Source of the DNA: Octopus sinensis
Lineage: Eukaryota
NCBI RefSeq assembly: GCF_006345805.1
Contig: NC_043000.1
Location: 101,618,001 to 101,682,000 of the forward strand
DNA: 64,000 bases
Direction: 5' to 3'
Within the stretch, counting starts at the first letter, position 1; each line of letters opens with the position of its first letter. A model generated the notes under the pieces. The model was not told the origin of the DNA. It saw nothing but the letters and a program-made list of their open reading frames with translations, and did no database searches. The translations under genes and the position numbers were made by a program. This document shows positions 25,015 to 36,860 of this stretch, one piece after another.

Positions 25015-25200
25015 TCTTTTCCATGCTGTCTTGCATGAATGGTTTGACATGGACAAATGTGTCAGAGAGCATGCCAAGCTCCAGTGTCTGCTTTGGCATG
25101 GTTTCTACATGCCTTTCCTACTGCTGGCCACCTCACAGAGTGTACTGGGTGCTTTTATCATGGTACCAACACTGGTGAGATCACCAAGTACCCACAAGAT
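25015..25200 (-). mobile_element. RTE-type 3' tail fragment
   Basis: cttttccatgc...ttctacatgcc...gagtgtactgggtgctttt. Confidence 0.55.
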
Positions 25201-26158
25201 TGGACCCTTTTAACTAAATGGGGTATAGTATTAGATAAAAGGGTAAAGATCCCCTTTGGTCATGAATGACCATGGAATTGCTCCTAGAAATTTCTCCTTC
25301 AAGGCACACGTCTGGGTAAGATTGTTTTATAGAAGACCAGCCATCACCCATGTATACCAGTCTCTCTGTTCCACCAATGTTGTTCAAGGGAAAAGCAAAA
25401 GCCAATACAACTTGGCACCAGTGATGTTGCAACTCATTTTTACAGCTGAGTGAACTGGAGTAATGTAAAATAAAATGTCTTGCTCAAGAACACAGCACAC
25501 AACCCAATCCAAGAATTAAACTCACTACCTCATGATTGTGAGCCTGGTGCTTTAACCACTGAGCTGTGCACCTGCATATAATATTAAGAGATATGAAAGT
25601 ATGATTGAGGGACATGAGCAAGAAATTGCTGAAGAGGTGAATATATGCTTTCTCCATCTGAAGAGAGAGAGAGAGATGTGTGAGGTTAAAATGCAAGGTG
25701 AGTCTGAGAGAGTGAACCAGGATAGAGAAACATAACAAGGGTTGGTAGCTGAGTGAATTATTATGAAAAATCATGCGACAGATGATTAGAGACGGGGATT
25801 GTGTTGAATGCAGTAAATATTATAATTCTCATTGTTGGTGCTAATCAAGTAAACCAATAATCAAAGAAGTTCCAGCAGTCATCCTACCATTTAATATCTA
25901 CAGACTTACAATTTCATTATCCAGTACATCCTTCTTTTTTTAAGATGGTACAATATAATCTTGTACAGATTTCACTGCTGTTTCTAGCATAATGAATGAT
26001 AACATGTGAAAGTTCCTTCTTTGGCTGAGTGTTGTAAAATCTTATTTCTAGCAATTCACATACAAATTTTCAAAGACACTTGATGTTTGGTAGACTGATG
26101 TCAAACAGACGAAAAAAATGGTTGAGAAAGAAAGGTTTAGATTGCCTGGTATTATTAT

Positions 26159-26550
26159 TTAACCCTTTATCATTCAGATTATTCTGTTAAATGTAATGTT
26201 TGTTTATTCACATTTTTAAAATTGATGTTAGGAAGGGCATTAGGAAGGCATCCAGCTGTAGAAACTCTGCCAGATCAGATTGGAGTCTGGTGCAGCCATC
26301 TGGTTCGTCAGACCTCAGTCAAATTATCCAACCCATGCTAGCATGGAAAGCGGACGTTAAACGATGATGATCATTATCATCATGATCATCATCATCATAC
26401 AATATCTTGTAGCTTTGTGATTTTGATGATGTGACTGTGTATTTTTAGGATGACATTGTAGGATAGATGTATGAGACTAGATCTGACCAGTTTTAACATA
26501 AAACAGATAGAATATTTGGACCAAATATGGCCGATTTAACTACTTAAAGC
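26159..26550. mobile_element. piggyBac-type MITE (family P1) with an RTE-tail insertion at ~26228-26398
   Basis: ttaa-ccctttatcattcagattattctg start; body homologous to 55500-56030 and 56848-58951; inserted ggaaggcatccagctgtagaaac...aaacgatgatgat. Confidence 0.7.
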
Positions 26551-26769
26551 TCAATATAAAAAATATAAACATATTCTTCTGTCTCAGAATCTAATACTGT
26601 CAGTATTTCATGATTGTTTAGACCCACCTAGGTCCAGCCTGATCATTAGTCTTACAGATGGAGACATTTTAAGCTGGATGCACTTCCGGTTGCTAACCCT
26701 TAATTGTTTTACAAGTAAGGAAGGAATTTCTTATTTTGCACATCTTTAAAGGTGTAAAGCGAGCAAATA

Positions 26770-27190
26770 AGTTACTCTTTTACTTGTTTCAGTCATTTGA
26801 CTATGGCCATGCTGGAGCACGACTTTTAGTCAAGCAAATCGACCCCAGGACTTATTCTTTGTAAGCCTAGTACTTATTGTATCGGTCTCTTCTGCTGAAC
26901 TGCAAAGTTACAGGGATGTAAACACACCAGCATTGGTTGTCAAACGATGTTGGGGGGACATACACAGACACACAAACACACACACACACACGCACACACA
27001 CACACACACACATATATACATATATACGATGGGCTTCTTTCAGTTTCCATCTACCAAATCCACTCACAAGGCTTTGGTTGGCCGGAGGCTATAGTAGAAG
27101 AAACTTGCCCAAGGTGCCATGCAGTGGGACTGAACCCGGAACCATGTGGTTGGTAAGCAAGCTACTTACCACACAGCCACTCCTACTGTT
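26770..27190 (-). mobile_element. Full-length tRNA-derived SINE family C
   Basis: head aggagtggctgtgtggtaag / gggttcagtccc, internal (CA)/(TA) tract, 3' gactgaaacaagtaaaagagtaa. Confidence 0.92.
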
Positions 27191-28798
27191 GTTGATAGAA
27201 GTGACAATACCACAATACCATTCATAACAAACAACTTTCTTAGAGTGCAAATATAAAAATTGCTCAGACACACATTTATACATATGCACGCACACACACA
27301 CACTTATATAATAAATATTAATATTTGCATGACAGCTTTCTGTAACTTCCATCTACCAAATTGACTCACAACACTCTGATTAGGTTAAGGGCTATAATAG
27401 AAGACACTTCCCTCAGGTACAGGTTCAGTGGTACTGAACCTGAAACTATGTGGTTGGGCAACAAGTTTTTTTAACTACACTGCCATGCTTGCACCTATCT
27501 AGGAAAGCAATATCCAATGTATTCTTCCTTCATTTTAATATGGTATGATGTGAATTGTGTTTATTTGTCAATATTTTGTTTGAGCTTTAAGACTTTCAGA
27601 TCATGAATATACAGCATCCCTGCAGTTTATGTTGGTGAACTCTACCATAACATAATAATATTTATTCGTAATAAGGTGAACCAGTCCCTTTAGAGGTAAA
27701 TTATCTTTTCAAGAGACGTAACACAACAATATTACACAGATATAAGTCATTGACATTTGTAGTTATTGATTTTTACAAAAGTGTTCGAGATGTAAGCATT
27801 ATTGAAATCCCAGTTGAAATGTCAAATATTCCTATTCTTTCATACTGAAATAATGGTAGATACCCAGAAATCATTGCATATCATACTGATAACTCTAATA
27901 ACACCTCAACCAGTTACATAAAATTCAACAAAGGACCTGTTGAAATGTTGCCCACAACAACACAGCAATTTATTTTGTCACTGACATTTGAAGGGACTTT
28001 GCCATAGTCTATTGACCTGCTATAAATCACAGCTATGTCACTTACAAATCATATTTTACTATCTGAAAAATTGAAGACATTCTCAATAAAGTAGTCCTAT
28101 ATAGCGTTGTCTCAAAAAGAAACAAAAACCACTTGTTTATGGTTGGGATTCCTCTAACCATATGTATACTGGATCAGGCTAAACAAGAACAAAATAGCAC
28201 TCTCCAATCATATAAACTAATCAAAAAGTGCCATTGTTGTTGGTTTTATCTCTCTGCTCAATATACTACTACTTAAGTTTTGGCATACCCATTAGTTGAT
28301 GATCTCTTGAGCCTGCATAAATTTCTGTTGCATAACATAATTTTTATCTGCTCCCATATGTATATATACCTGTACATGGAAGATATATTTGTACATAACC
28401 CAGTTGTGATATATAAATTTCAAAAATAGTTACCATTTCTTTGCAGAGCATAATTTTGATCTACTACTTCTGGGCTATGATCCTAGTATGCCTCCACTGT
28501 GCCACTCTACTCGATGAGTGATTAAACAAATATATAATGTATTATTTCTTTTATTATCTGTTCTTGGTTACATTATGTCTATTGCATCACCCATCATTGT
28601 TATTATTTATTTATTTATTTAAAATCAGCCAGAAGTTGTTGGAATCATAACACCTTCTTCCCCTTTAATTTTCACTGTCGTTTGCACTCTGTGTAAGTTT
28701 GATCTATTAATATATAAATATCTATATATTATAACTTAAATATTCATCATCTGAAAATCTTCAGTCTTAGCTTTTTTCCTATTTACATGTATACATAC

Positions 28799-31612
28799 TA
28801 TCATCATCATCATTATCTGCTTTCCATGCTGGCATGGGTTAAATGGTTTGACTGAGGACTGGCAAGCCAGGAGGCTGTACCAGGCTCCAATCTGATCTGA
28901 CAACATTTCTACAGCTGAATGCTTTCCTAATGCCAACTGCTCCGAGAGTGTAGTGGGTGCTTTTTATGTGCCACCAGTATGGGATCAAGTTAGGCAGCAC
29001 TGGCATTGACCACACTCGAATGATGCTTTTTACGTGCCACCAGTACAGGACCAGTCAGGCAGCACTGGCATCAACCATGCTCAAATGGTGCTTTTTACAT
29101 GCTACCGGTGCAGGTGCCAGTCAGGTGGCACTGGCATCAGCTACAACTATGATTTCATTTGATTCAACAAAACTTTCTCAAGCACAGCATATTGCCCAAT
29201 GATAGAAGAGTACTTTTAAATGGGCTGGTTATGCAACACTGGTATTGGCCATGGCTACGATCTCACTTGATTGCCAAGTCTTCTCAATCACAGTATATCT
29301 CCAAAGGTCACAGTTGCTTGTCATTGTCTCTGTGAGACCCAAATGTTCAAAGGTCATGCTTCACCACCTTATCCCATGTCTTCCTAGGTCTACTTCTTCA
29401 CAGGTTCCTTCCACTGTTAGAGTGTGATACTTCCTCATACAGCTGTCCTCGTCCATATGCAACACATGACCATACCAACACAGTCGTCTCTCTTGCACAC
29501 CACATCTGATGCTTTACAGGGCACTTAAACTCTGTTCTGTATGCACACTGACATTACACATCCAGTGGAGCATATTAGCTTCATCTTTTGCAAGCTTACG
29601 CATCTCCTCAGCAGTCACAGCCTGCGTTTCGCTGCTGTCTAGCATGGCTGTTTGCACACATGCATCATACAATCTACCTTTCACTCTGAGTGAGAGGCCC
29701 TTTGTTACCAGGAGAGGTAGGAGCTCTCTGAACTTTGCTCAAGCTATTCCTATTCTAGCAGCTACGCTCTCAGAGCGTCCACCCCACTTACTAACTTGGT
29801 CACCTAGGTAATGAAAGCTATCAACTACTTCTAGTTTTTCCCCCTGGCATGGGATGGAGTCTGTTTTCTGTATATCTTCAATGTTTATTGTCCCTGTGCA
29901 TTTTCCACACATAAAAACTATCTTCCCAGTTTCTTCCTATGTCTTTTCTACAGATCAAGCAGGGCCATCTACCTGGAGGGGTGTGTGATTTGTCTGCCTT
30001 CCTACTTACTAAGACTTTGGTTTTTGCTAGATTGACTCTAAGGCCCATCAATTGTAGACCTTGCTTCCACACCTGAAACTTCTCTAGTTCTGGTAGTTAC
30101 TCAGCTAATAGAGCAAGGTCATCAGCATAAGGGAGATCCCAGGGGCAACCTTTCTTAAATTCCACTGTTATTGCTTGGAGAGCTATGATGAGTAAGAGGG
30201 GGCTGAGGACTGATCCTTGGTGAACCCCTACTCCTACATGGAATTCTTCACTGTACTCATTGCCAACCTTCACCTTACTGACAGCATCCCTGTACATGGC
30301 TTGTGCAGCTCTCACCAACCACTCATCTATCCCTAGTTTCTGCATTGACTGCCAGATAAGGGATCGGGGAACCTTGTCAAAGGCTTTCTCCATGTCAATG
30401 AAAGCCAGGTACAGAGGTTTAACTTTGGCTATGAATTTCTCCTGCAGCTGTCTTACTAGAAATATAGCATCAGTGGTGCTCCTCCCTGGCACAAACCAAA
30501 ACTGCATCTCGTCTAAACTAACTCCCTCCCTAATTCTTGAGTTATGAGTCTCTCCTTGACTTTCATCACCTGATCCAACAATTTGATACTTCTGTAATTA
30601 TTCCTATCTAATGTATCACCTTTACCTTTGTAGCAGTTGACTATGGTGCTGCTACACTAGTTATTAAGTATGACTCCTTCATTTATCACCTGGTTGACTC
30701 TACAGGTGACTAGACTAGACTATAGCCTACACCGCCAGGTATTTTAAGCATCTCAGTACTGATTCCTGATGGGCCAGGGCCTTTCCCTGTTTTCATACCC
30801 TTAATTGCTAGGTACTGTCAATTTGAATAGCTGTTGGGTCAACATTTGACAGACTCTCCCAGTCATTCTTTTCATTTAGCAACCTTTCATAATGACATCT
30901 CCAAGTCTCTCTCCTTTCAGCCTCATTAAATGCAAGTGAGCCATTATCCATGCAGACACATTTCTCTCCTATAACATCACGATTCTCTCTCACACACTGT
31001 CTTGCAACATGAAACACTTCAAGTCTTTGGTCCTCACAATGCAGAACATTGGCAATTTTTTTCTTATCTGCTTCCCTTCTGGCTAAGTAAACCTGTCTCC
31101 TAGCTTTTCTTCTGATGATCTAATACAGTTCCCTGCTACCACCACACTTCCAGTCCTTCCATGCCTATTTCTTTATCCTAATAGCCCTGTCAACTATGCT
31201 GTTCCCCCATCATGTTACTTTAGGTCAAGAGGCAACTTTGCACCAGCCACATGTCTCCAGTTGTTCTCCACATTATGTGATGCTATATCCTCCTCTATTG
31301 TGTCAAAAACTTCATGTAATACATCTCTAAATCTCTGTCCATTCAGAGGATCCTTAAGCTTCCAGACCCTTCTTTGCCATGCTGGTCGTCTTCTGGGAAG
31401 CTATTTAGCCCTGATCCTGAAGTCATTAACTACTAACCTATGTTGTAGGGTGCATTCTTCACATGAGGAAGTTTCGGCATTTATAAGTAGCCATATTACC
31501 CATTTCCTGGCGAGAATGTAGTCAATCTGACTTGTGTGCCCACCAGACTGGTAGGTGAACTGGTGACTGGCAGGTTTCCTGAAATTAGTATTACAGATCA
31601 TTAATTTTGTAT
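28799..31612 (-). mobile_element. 5'-truncated RTE-clade LINE (end of APE domain, RT, 3' UTR with subrepeats, (GAT)n tail), multiply disabled
   Basis: TYQSGGHTSQIDYIL, GRSTTDAIFLVRQLQEK, AFIDMEKAFDKVP, QGSVLSPLL, YADDLAL; 3' UTR with ~45-bp gtgcttttta(c/t)gtgccacc repeats. Confidence 0.92.
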
Positions 31613-32284
31613 TCCAAACCCAAGCTATTATGTTTAATTTGTTGATCCACATAATTGCCTCTATATTTATTTATTTCAACACATTGGACAATGTCAAATT
31701 TACAAAATATAGTAACTACACTTACTGGAAGGTGACATATCTCTTGTTGATACTCGAAGAGTCACATTTGACAAAACACGTGCATAGATCTCTGTGTAGT
31801 TTATTTTCTGAGTATCTCTTCATTTGTCATTTTCAAATCAACCAGAAGCAAATCACTTCTATAAATGTTTCCCCTAGCACAGCGTAGTAAGTGAGCTTGC
31901 TCGTTATATTTGGACAGCAAGAACATTCAAAAGCATTCCAAGGGGAATCTAGTACAAAAGATCAACATATAAGAATGGATCAAAGAACAGATTTCTCTTT
32001 GAGAGAATCTATAAATCATTTACTACCACATCCTGCTACCTGAAACCAATGCTATACAAAATGAAAGAATTAAAGATAACCTTCAATTACATGCTGAAAT
32101 CTATCCGAAGAATGACCATTTTGAAACAGTGATGGCACTAACTGCCTGAGTTAATATTGCCATATAAAAGAAACAGGTGTCATTTAAACTGTTCAGATAT
32201 CACTTGTCATTTCTTCTTAACTGCCTCTGAGCAAAGATTACACAAGTGCCAGTGATAACATGAACTGGTCTATGCTAGTGCCAG

Positions 32285-32711
32285 CAGGGTGAGATTGAGA
32301 CCCATTACACCCTAAGAACTTAAATGGTTTTGGTGCCCCTATATATATATGTAATTCAAAATATAAACAATAATGAAACATGAAATAAATTTTCATCTTT
32401 CATAACGAAACAATACTAACAATAAGATGGAAAATAGTGTTTATTTTTGTGTATTTCTATTTTATTTATATTTGAAAAGTTTTCTCCTACTTTTTTTAAT
32501 TGCAAAGTATTTGATCAGATCCTCAAAATTAATCTTACATAACACATCTTCTAAACTTAGTTGAGATAAGGTAACCTGAATATTATTGTAGCAAGTTTAA
32601 AGTGATTTCTTTTGTGCCATAAGCCATTTACTATTTCTGTGGTGGGCTCCCGTCACTTCTGTCGATGCCCTAAATATGTGCTTATTTTACTTAATGGTTA
32701 ATCCAACACTG
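32285..32711. mobile_element. Non-autonomous hAT (Tip100-like) element with perfect 8-bp TSD
   Basis: AGTGCCAG at 32277-32284 and 32712-32719; termini cagggtgagatt / aatccaacactg. Confidence 0.8.
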
Positions 32712-32791
32712 AGTGCCAGCAATCTTTGAATTAGTTCTTAGTGGATTTTATGTAGTTAATTGAAGTGTTTTTGAAGAAATGTTAGCAACAT

Positions 32792-32963
32792 AGACGTAGG
32801 AGTGGCTGTGTGGTAAGTAGCTTACTTACGAACCACATGGTTCTGGGTTCAGTCTCACTGCGTGGCATCTTGGGCAAGTGTCTTCTACTATAGCCTCGGG
32901 CCAACCAAAGCCTTGTGAGTGGATTTGGTAAATGGAAACTGAAAGAAGGCCATTGTATATATG

Positions 32964-33008
<45 letters not shown>

Positions 33009-33222
33009 GTGTGTGTATATGTTTGTACCCCCAACATCGCTTCATAACCGATGCTGGTGTGTTTACGTCCCCGTAACTTAGCGGTTTGGCAAAAAGAGAC
33101 TGATAGAATAAGTACTAGGCTTATAAAGAATAAGTCCTGGGGTTGATTTGCTCGACTAAAGGTGGTGCACCAGCTTGGCCACAGTCAAATGACTGAAACA
33201 AGTAAAAGAGTAGAAAGAGAGT
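32792..33222 (+). mobile_element. Full-length tRNA-derived SINE family C
   Basis: same head, body and tail as 26770-27190 in the opposite orientation. Confidence 0.92.
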
Positions 33223-33249
33223 AACATACACAGTGATTTCTTCTTGGCA

Positions 33250-33480
33250 TTTCTCACCAATTTACCATTGGTTCCACATTTTGGCACAAGACCAGTAATT
33301 TCTGGGGAGGAGTAAGTTATTCTATTGACCCAGTGCTTGTCTGGTACTTATTTTATCAACCCCAAATGTATGAAAGACAAAGTCAATCTTGGCAGAATTT
33401 GAACTCAAAACATAGAGACAACAGAAATGCCGCTAAGCATTTTGCCTGGCATGCTAACGGTTCTGCTAGCCCACTGCTTT
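33250..33480 (-). mobile_element. SINE family A
   Basis: ctggtacttattttatcaacccc...gaatttgaactca...ctaagcattttgcctggcatgctaac. Confidence 0.75.
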
Positions 33481-33751
33481 AGATCATCATTTCATTATTA
33501 ACAGATGAGAAATATTGATGAGGAGTATGATGGATGAGTACTGCCCCATATCTTTAGGTACAGAGCCCTAATCTGAGTACAGATTACTCTATTCCAATTA
33601 CCTGTATGTACACGTGTGTGCCTATATGCATACCCACAAACATGTACACATGCATACACACACACACAAATACATATATAGTCCAACTCACACAAGCATG
33701 GAAGATGAACATTAAAAGATTATGAGGGTGATGATGATGATACTCATGTAC

Positions 33752-33786
<35 letters not shown>

Positions 33787-33938
33787 TACATACACAGATA
33801 TATTCACTCATATATATTTCAAGGAGACTGGAAGTAATCTTAGCTGACACCTGCCTATATATTCAGGATGTACATATTCACTCTCTCTCTCCCACTCTTA
33901 CACACACACTACACACACACACACAACACACACACACA

Positions 33939-33969
<31 letters not shown>

Positions 33970-33970
33970 C

Positions 33971-34013
<43 letters not shown>

Positions 34014-34411
34014 TATATATACATACATACATACATACATACATACATACACACACACATTAAAATCACTTGAAATCTTGTGTCAGAATGTCAGAGAACA
34101 TGGTTTCTGCTACAGTTTATTTCCGTCTCTTGATATGAATCAATATCCATCAGGATCAAGCATCTCTTTTGGTCATACTCATTAGTCGAACACTTGGCAA
34201 TTGCCATGAGTTTTGCAGTACTACTGTGTCCTCTTTTACTAAACTACACCACTCTATTTTATCTGTTGATAACGAAGTCGATTGAGCCATTGCGACATGT
34301 ATGAGTTTGTTGTGGTTATATTATTACCATAGTGTCAGTTCAAGTAGTTTTTCTTCTACCTTATCTACTCAATCAACTCAACCAACAGCCATGTACATCA
34401 TCATACACATG

Positions 34412-34465
<54 letters not shown>

Positions 34466-34489
34466 TGTACATTATGTCAATATATGAAA

Positions 34490-34670
34490 TGGAATGCTTA
34501 GTGGTATTTCTTCTGTCTTTACAGAGTTCAAATTCTGCCGAGGTCGACTTTGCCTTTCATCGTTTTGGGGGTTGATAAAGTACCATTTGCATGCTGGGGT
34601 CTATCTAATCGACTGCCTCCCCCTCTCCCCAAAAACTTTGGGCCATGTACCTAGAGGAGAAAAGAATGGA
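34490..34670 (+). mobile_element. SINE family A, 5'-clipped
   Basis: gagttcaaattctgccgaggtcgactttgcctttcatc...ctaatcgactg. Confidence 0.8.
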
Positions 34671-36625
34671 ATTATTATTGAGCCATCATTAGTTTGGACA
34701 AAATAGATGTAACAGCAATGATGATGATATTGTGTGTGAGTACTTGACTGAATCAATTGCTCCGTTTAACACCATCCTCTGACCCTTGAATACCTTTTTA
34801 TGGTATCTACTCTCTGACCCACACCTCCTGTGTGAATAATGGTTTCATATTATGATGTGGCACTTCCTACTGCACAATCCATTATGCAATGTCACTGTTT
34901 GGCTTGTTAGAGTGTATAGGTACTAATAGCTCTCAAGCAGTTGGGTCCCAGGATTATAGTTTTGAGAGGCAGCTATATTTGCTATCATGTCCCTTTACTG
35001 ATACCATTTCTAATTGGCTTCTGACGGGGATTTTTATCTAATGTTGTAAGAATTTCAAAATTTCCATAAAAATTCAGGTGAGCAGTGAAAGGAGCTGTGA
35101 ATGGGAACCAATGCTTTCTGTGGTGGTGTTTATGATCCTATGTAGTCCAAATGGTGAGTGTTACTTAAACACTGATTGCAATTATGTGGACATAAAAATG
35201 AAATACTATTGAATCAGTTGGTTATGCTACCCATGCAGAATGGACTGGGCCAAGATATGTAAGGCTGCATTAATTTGGACATGACTGGAGAAGTGAAAAT
35301 CTTTATGACTAAAGAACACTTAGTGCAGAATAAAACAAGGTGAGATGAGAGAAATAGATCTGAGTGAGACACAGAGTGTTGCCAAGGACAAAACTGAATG
35401 GTATCAAATTATCAAAGGTTTATTTCCTAATTAGGAAAATGAGAATTGGGTAAAAAAATTAACAGGAATTATCAGTTACTCAATAGTTATAGTTTTTTCC
35501 AGCCTTTTGCTCACTAGTCTTGGAGATTCTACAAATGTCATGGACATTAAACTTCATTCTTGGAATATATATTTTTTCTTTTTGTGATTTAATCATGGGG
35601 AGTGGTGGAGGAGGCATTGGGGTTAATTTGTTCGACTAAAATTCTTCAAGGTAGTGCCCCAGCATGGCCTCATTCATGACTGAAAGAAGTAAATGGTATA
35701 AAAGATAATGTTTTTAATTGGTTGTTGAGTTTAGCACTACTATCTGGTTCTTACATGCCTTTCACAATGCTCCTCTCTAGCAAGCTTATGACTGGGGTCT
35801 TTGATGTGAAATAACCAGTGAGATATGGTTTCTTGCTCCTTTTACTCCATAAGTTTTGGACATCCTGAAGAAAGATTTGGATAACTGCTTTCCCACCTTT
35901 TAGAATAAGCTATTAAATCTCCTCCCCACCCCATCTCCTTACTTCAATCCCACAATAAAAAAAAAAAGGAAAAAAGAGTTTGTAAACAATTTGCGAATAG
36001 AAATTAACAGCAAGCCTATGGAGATATATGTTGTTCGACATATTTTTTGATTTCCTGGCAAACATACAAACAATTACATTGCAAGGAGCTTGTAGATATG
36101 CATATCGAAACAATTGAAGCTGTTTCATTCACATTCAGTACAAAACAAACTAGCAAACTGAAAAGCAACAAACACAACCACCCCTTTCTGAAAAAAAAAA
36201 AAAAAAAAAGGAAGAAAGAAAGAAAAAAGATACAAATTTTGTCATTTCTATCTCTTGCAAATACAACGCCCGTGGCACTTTTAAAGAACTTGGAGGAAAA
36301 AAATCGGATTTTCAATAAAGTTGCTAAAGTGTAATATTCAACATGGTGGAATTTAATACAGTTACTAGAGAAATAAGAATACATTTTTAATGGAAACTGT
36401 CTGCAGCATATCTGACTAAGTGTAACCACAGTTGAAATAGCTTGTTTTAACCAGCTTCAGCAAATTTGGCATCAGTATTATTGAATTACAGGACTACAAA
36501 ATAAACTGATTCCAATCTAAAATTAATGATTGCTTTGTTATTTGCTGCTGTTCTTGTTTATTTGTTGTTGTTGCTGTTTTTTGCTCTTTTTTTAGTTTGC
36601 CATTTTATATATATTTTTTACATAT

Positions 36626-36679
<54 letters not shown>

Positions 36680-36825
36680 AATATATACACACACACACAC
36701 ACACATATATCGTTGTTGTTGTTTTTATGGGCTTAGTCTTTGTGTGAGTATATTTCTGAGCATTTTCGTTGTGTGTTAGTGTGTGCATATGTATATACAC
36801 ATATGTATATGTGTATGTGTGAGTG

Positions 36826-36860
<35 letters not shown>

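Noticed and set aside
27675-28005. ~110-codon + strand frame with a single stop
   Set aside because: No recognisable motif, start or splice support; may be chance in AT-rich DNA.
28629-28692. Candidate exon ending in gtaagt
   Set aside because: The acceptor lacks an adjacent pyrimidine tract, the peptide is unrecognisable, and it does not join convincingly to the 17168 candidate.
28955-29140. CRISPR-like or regularly spaced repeat array
   Set aside because: The units are degenerate tandem subrepeats of an RTE 3' UTR with no unique spacers, in eukaryotic DNA.
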